DNA of 64,000 nt from the NCBI GenBank assembly GCA_964536015.1, contig CAZHVS010000012.1, positions 29,434-93,433 of the forward strand, in the 5' to 3' direction. Both the position numbers and the translations under genes were made by a program. The stretch comes from an uncultured Ignavibacteriaceae bacterium (lineage in GTDB: Bacteria > Bacteroidota > Ignavibacteria > Ignavibacteriales > Ignavibacteriaceae). The notes beneath the pieces were generated by a model. That model was not told where the DNA came from and ran no database searches. It was given only the letters and a program-made list of their open reading frames with translations. Positions 31,318 through 40,116 of the stretch are shown here, piece by piece. The stretch's first letter is position 1. The number at the start of each line of letters is the position of its first letter.

Positions 31318-32127
31318 ATGAAAACTGAAAATAAGCTTAAGGACATTGTTAAAGAAAAATATGGAAAAATAGCTTTCGCTGCTAAATCTACTGGATGTTG
31401 TAATTCGTCAACTTCCTGTTGTAACAATTCTTCAAGCGTTGAATTTATTATGATAGGAGATGAGTATAAAAATTTAAACGGGTATGTCCCCGATGCGGAT
31501 CTCGGTTTAGGTTGTGGTTTGCCAACTGAAGTTGCTGGCATTAAAGAGGGAGATATAGTTTTAGACCTTGGTTGTGGTGCTGGTAATGATGTTTTTATTG
31601 CTCGTTCTGTTGTCGGAGAAAAAGGAAAAGTTATCGGTATTGATATGACCGCTGAAATGATTGAGAAAGCAAAGAATAATAATTCATTGACTAATTTTGA
31701 TAATGTTGAATTTCGACTTGGAGAAATTGAATCTCTGCCAGTTGATGATAATTCTATAGATGTTGTAATAAGCAATTGTGTCCTTAATCTTGTTCCTGAT
31801 AAAGAGAAAGCTTTTAAAGAAATTCTAAGAGTACTTAAACCCGGGGCTCACTTCTGTATTTCTGACACAGTATTAAATGGAGAATTACCGGAAGAATTTA
31901 AAAAATCAGCCGAGTTATACACGGGTTGTATCTCTGGTGCACTAAAAAAAGATGATTATTTAAATATCATTTTCAAAACTGGTTTTAATAATGTCGAAAT
32001 AGTAAAATCAAAAGAAATTAATTTACCGGAAGAAATTTTGCAAAAACATCTTTCGTCAGATGAATTAAAACAATTTAAGAAAAATAGCGTGGGAATTTTC
32101 AGCATTACCATAAAAGGAAAGAAGTAA
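31318..32127 (+). CDS. arsM: arsenite S-adenosylmethionine methyltransferase
   Basis: KYGKIA start region, N-terminal Cys pairs (GCCNSSTSCC), SAM motif VLDLGCGAGNDV, and conserved Cys in SNCVLNL and TGCISGA. Confidence 0.85.
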   Translation: MKTENKLKDIVKEKYGKIAFAAKSTGCCNSSTSCCNNSSSVEFIMIGDEYKNLNGYVPDADLGLGCGLPTEVAGIKEGDIVLDLGCGAGNDVFIARSVVGEKGKVIGIDMTAEMIEKAKNNNSLTNFDNVEFRLGEIESLPVDDNSIDVVISNCVLNLVPDKEKAFKEILRVLKPGAHFCISDTVLNGELPEEFKKSAELYTGCISGALKKDDYLNIIFKTGFNNVEIVKSKEINLPEEILQKHLSSDELKQFKKNSVGIFSITIKGKK

Positions 32128-32135
32128 ATTTTATT

Positions 32136-33440
32136 ATGAACTGGAAAGAACAATATAAATCATTTTTGTGGGTATCAGGATTTTTTCTGCTTGCATACTT
32201 TATGCCCATTGAAACAGAAAAATTTAAAAATGCAATTATTGATGCTTTTACACTTGCAAAATGGTATGCACAAGAACATGTTTTACTTTGCCTTGTACCT
32301 GCTTTTTTTATCGCTGGTACGATTGCAGTGTTTATAAGTCAGGCTGCTGTTATAAAATATCTTGGTGGAAAAGCAAAAAAATGGGTTGCATATACAGTGG
32401 CTGCAACAAGCGGGACAATTTTAGCTGTTTGTTCCTGTACTGTTTTACCATTGTTTTCATCAATACATAAAAGAGGAGCTGGACTGGGTCCGGCAATAGC
32501 ATTTCTTTATTCGGGTCCGGCAATAAATATTCTTGCTATAATTTTAACAGCAAGAATACTTGGATTTGAACTTGGTATTGCCCGCGTTATCGGAGCCGTT
32601 TCGTTCAGTGTTATAATTGGATTAGTCATGTCTTTCATTTACCGAAAAGAAGAAAAAGAAAGAAACGGCAACAACACCGTTGTTCCAGAGATAGAAGAAT
32701 CCAGACCTATCTGGCAAACAACTCTTCACTTCTTTATTCTTGTTGCAATACTTGTATTTGTCAACTGGGGAAAACCTTCAAATGAAACCGAAGGTTTCTG
32801 GTATTTTATGTTTGCAAACAAATGGTTTATAACATCCATCTTTGGTGCAGGATTCGCATTCTCTTTAATATACATAATAAAAGTTAAAAAACTCTTTGTT
32901 GTTTTAGGAACCGCCTCTGTTATTATTTCGGCTTATTTCTTTTACCACACCCCCACAATTCCTTTTGTTGTAGGTGTAATTACAACAACTATTGCGTTAA
33001 CTTTTAGTGATGATGAACCAAATCAATGGCTTGGTGAGACCTGGGGATTTGCAAAACAAATTATGCCTCTTCTCGGTGCGGGTGTTTTAGTTGCGGGATT
33101 TCTTCTCGGCTCAGCCGAAGGAAATGGAGGAATAATTCCAAAAGATTGGATTTATGCTCTTGTTGGAGGAAACTCTTTATTCTCTAATCTTTTTGCTTCA
33201 GTTACAGGGGCATTTATGTACTTTGCAACTTTAACTGAAATACCGATACTTCAAGGCTTGATAAAAAATGGAATGGGAAAAGGTCCGGCACTTGCTTTAC
33301 TTCTTGCTGGCCCGGCTTTATCACTACCAAATATGCTTGTAATCAGGAGCGTAATAGGTACACAGAAAACAGTTGTATATGTTTCCCTTGTAATAATAAT
33401 GGCTACAATAACAGGTATAATTTATGGTTGGATATTTTAA
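32136..33440 (+). CDS. UPF0718/DUF318-type permease (ArsP-like organoarsenical permease family)
   Basis: Polytopic membrane protein with the CSC motif (AVCSCTVLPLF) characteristic of this permease family. Located next to arsM. Confidence 0.65.
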   Translation: MNWKEQYKSFLWVSGFFLLAYFMPIETEKFKNAIIDAFTLAKWYAQEHVLLCLVPAFFIAGTIAVFISQAAVIKYLGGKAKKWVAYTVAATSGTILAVCSCTVLPLFSSIHKRGAGLGPAIAFLYSGPAINILAIILTARILGFELGIARVIGAVSFSVIIGLVMSFIYRKEEKERNGNNTVVPEIEESRPIWQTTLHFFILVAILVFVNWGKPSNETEGFWYFMFANKWFITSIFGAGFAFSLIYIIKVKKLFVVLGTASVIISAYFFYHTPTIPFVVGVITTTIALTFSDDEPNQWLGETWGFAKQIMPLLGAGVLVAGFLLGSAEGNGGIIPKDWIYALVGGNSLFSNLFASVTGAFMYFATLTEIPILQGLIKNGMGKGPALALLLAGPALSLPNMLVIRSVIGTQKTVVYVSLVIIMATITGIIYGWIF

Positions 33441-33461
33441 ACAAAGTCAAGAAAACAAAAT

Positions 33462-34127
33462 ATGAAGACCTTTTGTATCATACTCATTTTTATCTTCTGC
33501 GCTGAGAATTATTCTTCTACTAATTTATATGAACGAATGCGCTCTATCATTTCAGAAATAAACATTGAACTAAACGATAATAAATTACCGCGAAAAAGCG
33601 ATGTGTCAAGGCTTAATAAATTAATCTACAATTTAAAGAAAACAGAAAATCTTAAAGAAGATAAAAAGCAAGATATTGATTATATAATCAAAGTAAATGA
33701 ATTATTTAATAGCTTTAAAACTTTCAATATTGTATTTAAAGAACGCATTGAGGTTGATTCATTAAAAAAAATATTTAGAATCGTTAACAGTAAATTCAAT
33801 TCCATTGCAGGTAATTATTTTTATAAGAAAGTAATAAAATCAACAAAAATTAAAATAATATTCTTTTCAACCTCAATGTCGTGTGAATGCACTTTAGAGA
33901 TGTGTTACAAACAAGAATCCGAAATTCAAAAACTATATAAGAATAATTTCAATAAATTTGAGTATGCAACTATCGACTGTTTTGGTAATTTTGAATTAAT
34001 GTCAGAATATGGAATAGGATATATCCCCGTTGCCGTTATTACAGACTCAAACAATAATGAAATTAAAAGATTTGAAAGAGATGAAAATTTATTTAATAAT
34101 TTATTAACTTTTTTTAATGGAGAATAA
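33462..34127 (+). CDS. hypothetical secreted protein with a C-terminal thioredoxin-like region carrying CxC-x4-C
   Basis: Signal-like N-terminus. The C-terminal KIKIIFFSTSMSCECTLEMC...GIGYIPVAVI resembles a Trx fold with a cis-Pro loop. I recognise no family. Confidence 0.55.
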   Translation: MKTFCIILIFIFCAENYSSTNLYERMRSIISEINIELNDNKLPRKSDVSRLNKLIYNLKKTENLKEDKKQDIDYIIKVNELFNSFKTFNIVFKERIEVDSLKKIFRIVNSKFNSIAGNYFYKKVIKSTKIKIIFFSTSMSCECTLEMCYKQESEIQKLYKNNFNKFEYATIDCFGNFELMSEYGIGYIPVAVITDSNNNEIKRFERDENLFNNLLTFFNGE

Positions 34128-34128
34128 A

Positions 34129-34368
34129 ATGATAGCTGTTAAAATACTCGGCACCGGCTGTAAAAAGTGCCAGAATCTTGAAAACAAAGTAAGAGAACTT
34201 GTGGCATTAAACAATATTAGCGCAACTATAGAAAAGGTTACCGATATACAAGAAATGATGGCTTATGGAATAATGATGACCCCGGGATTGGTTATAAATG
34301 AAAAAGTAAAAAGCTCTGGTATAATTCCAACGGATGAGCAAATTCTAACATGGCTTAAGGAAAATTAA
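34129..34368 (+). CDS. small thioredoxin-fold 'redox-active disulfide protein 2'-type protein (second copy)
   Basis: MIAVKILGTGCKKCQNLENKV..., paralogous to 28110..28361 (shared YGIMMTPGLV). I prefer the ATG at 34129 with GGAG upstream; the ORF track starts at 34117. Confidence 0.8.
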   Translation: MIAVKILGTGCKKCQNLENKVRELVALNNISATIEKVTDIQEMMAYGIMMTPGLVINEKVKSSGIIPTDEQILTWLKEN

Positions 34369-34370
34369 TT

Positions 34371-34742
34371 ATGAAGTTAACTGGTTTTTTAATTACAATT
34401 TTTATGATTGTTTTATCTTTGTATTCATTCCCTCAAAACAACAATCAGATTAAACCAAAAGTAACATTTATCGAACTCGGTTCTGATAAATGTATTCCCT
34501 GCAAACAAATGCAGCCAATATTAAAGTCTATTGAAAAAAAATATGGAAGTCAGATTAAAGTAATTTTTTATGATGTATGGAAAGATGATAAGCCTGCCAA
34601 AAAATATGGAATTCAACTTATACCTACACAAGTTTTTTTAGATGAAGCAGGAAAAGAATTTTTCAGGCATGAAGGTTTTTATCCAGAAGCCGAAATCGAT
34701 AAACTATTACAAAAAAAAGGGTTAAAAACTATTGCTGAATAA
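34371..34742 (+). CDS. periplasmic thioredoxin-family protein (TlpA/Trx-like)
   Basis: Signal/anchor segment, CIPC active site and cis-Pro loop LIPTQVF. Confidence 0.8.
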   Translation: MKLTGFLITIFMIVLSLYSFPQNNNQIKPKVTFIELGSDKCIPCKQMQPILKSIEKKYGSQIKVIFYDVWKDDKPAKKYGIQLIPTQVFLDEAGKEFFRHEGFYPEAEIDKLLQKKGLKTIAE

Positions 34743-34766
34743 AATCGGCATTATTAAAAGAAAATT

Positions 34767-35468
34767 ATGATTGAAGAAATTTTCACTGCTTTAAGTAACG
34801 CTCTTTATCAAAATTATTGGATTGCATTGCTTGCCTCTTTTGGATGGGGAGTTTTATCTATTCTTTTATCTCCCTGTCATCTATCCAGCATTCCGCTTGT
34901 TGTTGGATATATAAGCTCACAAGGCAGGATATCTCTTTGCAGAACATTTAATATTTCACTGATTTTTTCTGTTGGAATATTAATTACAATTACCGCAATC
35001 GGAATAATAACAGCAGCACTTGGCAGATTAATGGGCGATGTTGGTTCTATTGGAAATTATCTTGTCGCGGGAATTTTCTTTTTGGTAGGTCTATATCTAT
35101 TAGATGTAATTAAAATCGATTGGAATAGAACTGCATTAAAACAAACTAAATCAAAAGGGATATTGGCTGCATTACTTCTGGGTTTGCTATTTGGCATTGC
35201 ACTTGGACCCTGCACATTCGCTTATATGGCTCCTGTACTTGGTGTAGTGTTTCAAACTGCAAAGACAAATTTTATTTCAGCTGCATTACTGCTCCTATCA
35301 TTTGGTCTTGGTCATTGTTCTGTAATTGTTGTCGCTGGCACACTTACCAATCAAGTACAGAAATACTTAAACTGGTCAGACGAATCTAAAACTATACTAT
35401 GGATAAAAAAAATATGTGGCGTACTTGTTATCCTTGGGGGAATATATTTGCTTTATAATGTAAATTAA
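34767..35468 (+). CDS. ccdA: CcdA/DsbD-type transmembrane thiol:disulfide electron transporter
   Basis: Six TM helices with the two conserved membrane Cys motifs LSPCHLSSIP and LGPCTFAYMAP. Confidence 0.85.
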   Translation: MIEEIFTALSNALYQNYWIALLASFGWGVLSILLSPCHLSSIPLVVGYISSQGRISLCRTFNISLIFSVGILITITAIGIITAALGRLMGDVGSIGNYLVAGIFFLVGLYLLDVIKIDWNRTALKQTKSKGILAALLLGLLFGIALGPCTFAYMAPVLGVVFQTAKTNFISAALLLLSFGLGHCSVIVVAGTLTNQVQKYLNWSDESKTILWIKKICGVLVILGGIYLLYNVN

Positions 35469-35610
35469 TTTATCTGTTTAATACAATTTTACATGTCTGT
35501 TAAATTAAACTCTTTTTCTAAATTCTCATCTACGGTGTAAGAACAATTCATTTTGTTGATTTAATTCTTTATAATATTTTAGGGTATAAAATAATTTAAA
35601 TTTCTGACTT

Positions 35611-36057
35611 ATGCCCCACAAAGAAAAAAAATATCATGAGTTTGCTGAGTTAATCTGCGAGCTTACACGCTTTTGCAATATTAAAGAAGAGTATTTTGCT
35701 GCAAGTTTTCATCTTTCACCTACAGAGGTGAAATTTCTTAAATTATTCACATTTCAGGATGTTATATCTATTAAAAACTTACGTGAAAAATTAAAACTAA
35801 GCCCTGGACGAGTAACTCATATTTTAAAGTCTTTGGAAGCCAAAAAACTTCTTTCGCGAATTCCCGATGAAACAGATAAACGCAACCAGATTGTCAAATT
35901 ATTGCCCAAAGCTATTCCTCTTATTAAAAACTTACAATCGAACTATATAAACTTGCACAAAGATATTTTAAAAAATGTAAAACAAACCGAAATCAAAAAT
36001 ATTTATTCTTCGCTTTTCATTCTCGTTAGTGTATTCAAAAAATGGGTAGAAGAATAA
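35611..36057 (+). CDS. MarR-family transcriptional regulator
   Basis: 148 aa with a winged-HTH core (ISIKNLREKLKLSPGRVTHILKSLEAKKLLSRIPDETDKRN). Confidence 0.75.
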   Translation: MPHKEKKYHEFAELICELTRFCNIKEEYFAASFHLSPTEVKFLKLFTFQDVISIKNLREKLKLSPGRVTHILKSLEAKKLLSRIPDETDKRNQIVKLLPKAIPLIKNLQSNYINLHKDILKNVKQTEIKNIYSSLFILVSVFKKWVEE

Positions 36058-36105
36058 AAGTTTATACTATAAAACAATGCACAACTTAAACAATAGAGAA
36101 ATATT

Positions 36106-37683
36106 ATGAAGAAAGTAATTGTAATCCTTGCTTTTATTGGATTGCTGGTTATTATCGCGATTGGAACTCTTTCACAAAAGGAAATTGATCCTTCCGGCAT
36201 AATGAAACTTAAAGAAAAATATTCCAAGAAGGAAAAACCCAAAGTTGATCATAGCAGATTTACTGTTCTGCAACAAAAATTTACTACACCACAACAAGTT
36301 ACCAAAGCCTGCGAATCATGCCATAATCTGACGGCTCACCAGGTCATGAATTCTAATCACTGGAACTGGGAACGTGAAGAATATGTACAAAACCGCGGAG
36401 TTATTTATCTTGGAAAAGGAAATGCCATAAATAATTTCTGTATTGGAACGCAGGGGAATGAAAAAAGTTGCGCCAAGTGTCATATTGGATTTGGTATGGA
36501 TAAAAACAAAACTGTGTTTACCGATTCATTGAATATTGATTGTCTTGTTTGTCACGATAACTCTGAAACATATGCTAAAGCAAGCGAACAAGGCGGAGCT
36601 CCGGAAATGACTCTTAACTTCAACCTTATCGCTCAGAGTGTTGGAAAGCCCAAAAGAAGCAACTGCGGAGTTTGTCATTTCTTTGGCGGCGGTGGTAATG
36701 GAGTTAAACACGGTGACCTTGAAATGACACAGTTTGAACCTTCAAAGGATATTGACATTCACATGGCTGTTGATGGAGCTAACTTAAAATGTATTGATTG
36801 CCACACAACTGAACAGCATAATATTTCTGGCAAATTATATTCGCTTTCATCAATGAATCACAATCGTAACAATTGCGAACAATGTCATACAGATGTTCCT
36901 CACAAAGATGACATTATTAATGAACATTCTTTAAAGGTCGCCTGTCAGACCTGCCATATACCAACCTATGCAAAAGGAAATTCAACAAAAATGTACTGGG
37001 ATTGGTCAACTGCAGGAAAATTAAAAGACGGTGAACCTTACGAAGAAGATGACAGCCTTGGAAACCACTCTTATTTATCAATTAAAGGTAGTTTTGTGTG
37101 GGCAAGAAATGTAAAGCCTGATTATATCTGGTTTAACGGAACAGCTTCTCATTATCTTGAAGGAGATAAAATACAGGACACCACCAAACCGCTTGTATTA
37201 AATCAATTACATGGTTCTTACAATGATGATGATTCTAAAATTATTCCCGTAAAAATTCACATAGCAAAGCAACCTTACGATCCTGTAAACAGAATTTTAA
37301 TTCAACCAAAATTATATTCAGATAAAGCTGGTGAGGGAGCCTTCTGGAAAGATTTTAACTGGTTGACCGCTGCTCAAGTTGGAATGAAAGATATAGGCTT
37401 ACCCTTCAGTGGAAAAATTTCTTTTATAAAAACTGAAATGTACTGGCCACTAAATCATATGGTTGCAAGTAAAGAAAACACTGTCCAATGCAACGAATGT
37501 CACACGCACGAAAATTCACGCCTTGCAGGTTTAAATGATTTTTATTTGCCCGGCAGAGATTATTCTTCTCTGGTCGATTCAGGAGGAAAGTGGCTGTTGA
37601 TTTTAACTTTAATCGGAATATTTATTCACGCTTCTATACGGTTTTATTCTTACAGAAAAATTAAAAATGGAGCATCAAAATGA
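36106..37683 (+). CDS. octaheme c-type cytochrome, tetrathionate-reductase (Otr) family
   Basis: Eight CxxCH motifs (CESCH, CAKCH, CLVCH, CGVCH, CIDCH, CEQCH, CQTCH, CNECH) in 525 aa. N-terminal anchor/signal and an extra C-terminal TM helix. Confidence 0.7.
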   Translation: MKKVIVILAFIGLLVIIAIGTLSQKEIDPSGIMKLKEKYSKKEKPKVDHSRFTVLQQKFTTPQQVTKACESCHNLTAHQVMNSNHWNWEREEYVQNRGVIYLGKGNAINNFCIGTQGNEKSCAKCHIGFGMDKNKTVFTDSLNIDCLVCHDNSETYAKASEQGGAPEMTLNFNLIAQSVGKPKRSNCGVCHFFGGGGNGVKHGDLEMTQFEPSKDIDIHMAVDGANLKCIDCHTTEQHNISGKLYSLSSMNHNRNNCEQCHTDVPHKDDIINEHSLKVACQTCHIPTYAKGNSTKMYWDWSTAGKLKDGEPYEEDDSLGNHSYLSIKGSFVWARNVKPDYIWFNGTASHYLEGDKIQDTTKPLVLNQLHGSYNDDDSKIIPVKIHIAKQPYDPVNRILIQPKLYSDKAGEGAFWKDFNWLTAAQVGMKDIGLPFSGKISFIKTEMYWPLNHMVASKENTVQCNECHTHENSRLAGLNDFYLPGRDYSSLVDSGGKWLLILTLIGIFIHASIRFYSYRKIKNGASK

Positions 37684-38348
37684 GCAAGAAACAGGTTTAT
37701 ATATACAAAAGTTTTGAAAGGTTCTGGCACTGGATGCAGGCAATACTTATATTTTTTCTTGCTTTTACCGGTTTTGAAATTCATGGCACTTATACTTTTT
37801 TTGGTTATCGAGAAGCCGTCAGATACCATAATATCTCTGCATACTTACTAATTGCTTTAATTGTGTTTGCAATTTTCTGGCACTTAACTACAGGTGAATA
37901 CAAACAATATATTCCAACTTTCAAAAATATTAAAGCACAGCTTGATTATTATATATTCGGGATCTTCCGTAATACCCCGCACCCGACAAAAAAAACTGTA
38001 TTAAGTAAACTTAATCCATTACAAAAACTAACTTACTTTGGTTTGAAGATTCTGGTTATTCCTTTAAGTGTTACTTCTGGTTTACTTTATATGTTCTACC
38101 GCTATCCCAGCAAACAAGGAGTTGAAGCTATCAATATTCAATCGCTTGAAGTAATTGCTATATTTCACACTATTGCTGCAATTCTTCTTGTAATTTTTAT
38201 TGTAACACATCTTTACTTAATAACAACCGGAGAAAACTTAACATCAAACCTAAAAGCAATGTTAACCGGTTATGAAGAACTGGAAGATGAACATCATCAA
38301 GAAGAAAAAAATGATGACAAAAATTTATCAACACAAAATTCAGATTAG
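37680..38348 (+). CDS. membrane di-heme cytochrome b (PhsC / hydrogenase b-type cytochrome family)
   Basis: FERFWHWMQAILIFFLAFTGFEIHG start and four TM helices with conserved His. ATGA overlap with the octaheme gene. Confidence 0.7.
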   Translation: MSKKQVYIYKSFERFWHWMQAILIFFLAFTGFEIHGTYTFFGYREAVRYHNISAYLLIALIVFAIFWHLTTGEYKQYIPTFKNIKAQLDYYIFGIFRNTPHPTKKTVLSKLNPLQKLTYFGLKILVIPLSVTSGLLYMFYRYPSKQGVEAINIQSLEVIAIFHTIAAILLVIFIVTHLYLITTGENLTSNLKAMLTGYEELEDEHHQEEKNDDKNLSTQNSD

Positions 38349-38356
38349 AGGACTTT

Positions 38357-38875
38357 ATGCAAGATACTAAATATATGAATCCGTACCTAGCAGGAGTATT
38401 GCTTGGACTTTTACTTCTTGCAACAATATATATTACCGGCAGAGGTCTTGGTGCAAGCGGAGCAATCAAAAGTTATGCTGTAACTGTTGTTGAAAAAGTT
38501 GCACCAACACACGCTTCAGAAACAAAATTTTACCAAGAATATAGCAAAGAACATTCAGGCACAAGTCCATTAATGAACTGGCTTGTGTTTGAGGTTACAG
38601 GAGTTTTAATTGGTGCATTTTTGTCCGGACTAATATCAAACAGGTTGAACTTTAAGTTTGAAAAAGGTCCTCGTTCAACAACAAAGATTAGGGTTGCAGG
38701 AGCATTAATTGGCGGTTTGCTCTGGGGAATTGGTTCTCAACTTGGTCGTGGTTGTACAAGTGGCGCCGCATTAAGTGGACTGGCAGTAATGTCAACTGGT
38801 GGAATTATTACAATGTTTGCAATATTCGCCGGCGCTTATGTTTTCGCCTACTTTTTCAGAAAAATGTGGATTTAA
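38357..38875 (+). CDS. YeeE/YedE-family transporter, N-terminal half protein (second set)
   Basis: GRGCTSGAALSG motif and multi-TM layout. Confidence 0.75.
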   Translation: MQDTKYMNPYLAGVLLGLLLLATIYITGRGLGASGAIKSYAVTVVEKVAPTHASETKFYQEYSKEHSGTSPLMNWLVFEVTGVLIGAFLSGLISNRLNFKFEKGPRSTTKIRVAGALIGGLLWGIGSQLGRGCTSGAALSGLAVMSTGGIITMFAIFAGAYVFAYFFRKMWI

Positions 38876-38890
38876 TAAGGAGATTTTAAA

Positions 38891-40084
38891 ATGGGTCCTT
38901 TGGTTCCGGATATTATCAGCAACAATTTAAATTTTATTGTCGCATTAGTAATTGGAGTTTTGTTCGGTGCAATTTTAGAACAAGCCGGATTTTCAACTTC
39001 AAAAAAACTTGTAGGATTATTCTATGGCTACGATTTTACTGTGCTAAGAGTTTTCTTTACTGCAGGAATTGTTGCAATGATTGGTGTAATGATTTTTGCA
39101 CATTATGGATTGCTCGATATGAGTCTTATTTATATTAATCCAACATTCCTCTGGTCAGCAATTATTGGAGGAATAATTATGGGACTTGGATTTATACTTG
39201 GAGGATTTTGTCCCGGCACGAGTGTATGTGCTGCCGCTATTGGAAAAATTGATGCAATGTTATTTATAGTTGGTGCCTTCTTTGGTGTTTTAATTTTTGC
39301 AGAAGGTTATCCTGTTTTTGAGCCTTTATATAAAGCAGCAAACTTAGGAAGTCCAAGGCTTTTTGAAACACTTGGAATGTCACAAAATATTTTTGCATTT
39401 TTAATGGTTTCAATGGCTTTAACTGCTTTCTGGTTTACATCAATTATTGAAAACAAAGTTAATAAAGTAGATAAACCGACTATTCGCTTTACACCGTATT
39501 ACATCGGTTTGTCTGCAATTGGATTAATGCTTGTAATTTCTGCTTTTATTTTTCCAGAGAAGAAAGAGTCGCTTACACAATTGGTTGAAAACATCGATTT
39601 TGTTAAATCTTATCCTCTCGAAACAATGACAGTTGATGAATTTGCTTATCGTCTGATAGATGAAACTGATAATAAATTTCAGATAATTGACTTCAGACCT
39701 GAAAAAGAATTTTCAAAAGAGAGTTTGCCAAAATCCACTTTGTTCACTCTTGATAATCTGTTCGAAAAAGAGCCAAGTCAACTTTTAAGATTGAAGAAAA
39801 GAATAATCGTTTTTGTTGCTAACGATGAGTTAACTGAAAGAAAAATGGCAATTATTGCAAACGAGCTTGGTTATAAAAGGATTAAAATTCTTAAAGGTGG
39901 ACTAAATTCATTTAGAGAGCAAATATTAAATTATCAACCGATTGAAAACCCCAAAAATATTGATGAAGTTTATCAAAATCGTTTTCGTTCTAAGGCGAAA
40001 GTTGTTATTCCGGTCTTAATTCAAAACAATAAATCAACTGGACCAGTAAAGAAAGAACAAAAACGAGTAATAGGCGGATGTTAA
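38891..40084 (+). CDS. YeeE/YedE-family transporter C-terminal half fused to a rhodanese-like domain
   Basis: GGFCPGTS motif in the membrane part. The C-terminal ~130 aa (FQIIDFRPEKEF...IIVFVANDELTERKMAIIANELGYKRIKILKGGLNSF) is rhodanese-fold, and the loop position normally holding the active-site Cys reads VAND (apparently no Cys). Confidence 0.7.
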   Translation: MGPLVPDIISNNLNFIVALVIGVLFGAILEQAGFSTSKKLVGLFYGYDFTVLRVFFTAGIVAMIGVMIFAHYGLLDMSLIYINPTFLWSAIIGGIIMGLGFILGGFCPGTSVCAAAIGKIDAMLFIVGAFFGVLIFAEGYPVFEPLYKAANLGSPRLFETLGMSQNIFAFLMVSMALTAFWFTSIIENKVNKVDKPTIRFTPYYIGLSAIGLMLVISAFIFPEKKESLTQLVENIDFVKSYPLETMTVDEFAYRLIDETDNKFQIIDFRPEKEFSKESLPKSTLFTLDNLFEKEPSQLLRLKKRIIVFVANDELTERKMAIIANELGYKRIKILKGGLNSFREQILNYQPIENPKNIDEVYQNRFRSKAKVVIPVLIQNNKSTGPVKKEQKRVIGGC

Positions 40085-40089
40085 AATAA

Positions 40090-40116
40090 AAGAGCCGGTT
40101 CAAGCCGGCTTTTTTA
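40090..40116. terminator. bidirectional rho-independent terminator between convergent genes
   Basis: AAAAGAGCCGG-TTCAAG-CCGGCTTTTTT: a GC-rich stem flanked by an A-run and a T-run. Confidence 0.7.

Noticed and set aside
31299-31775. 158-aa minus-strand ORF overlapping arsM
   Set aside because: It is antisense to a well-supported arsM with all conserved motifs. The translation is low-complexity Ser/Pro/Thr-rich with no recognisable domain or upstream signals.
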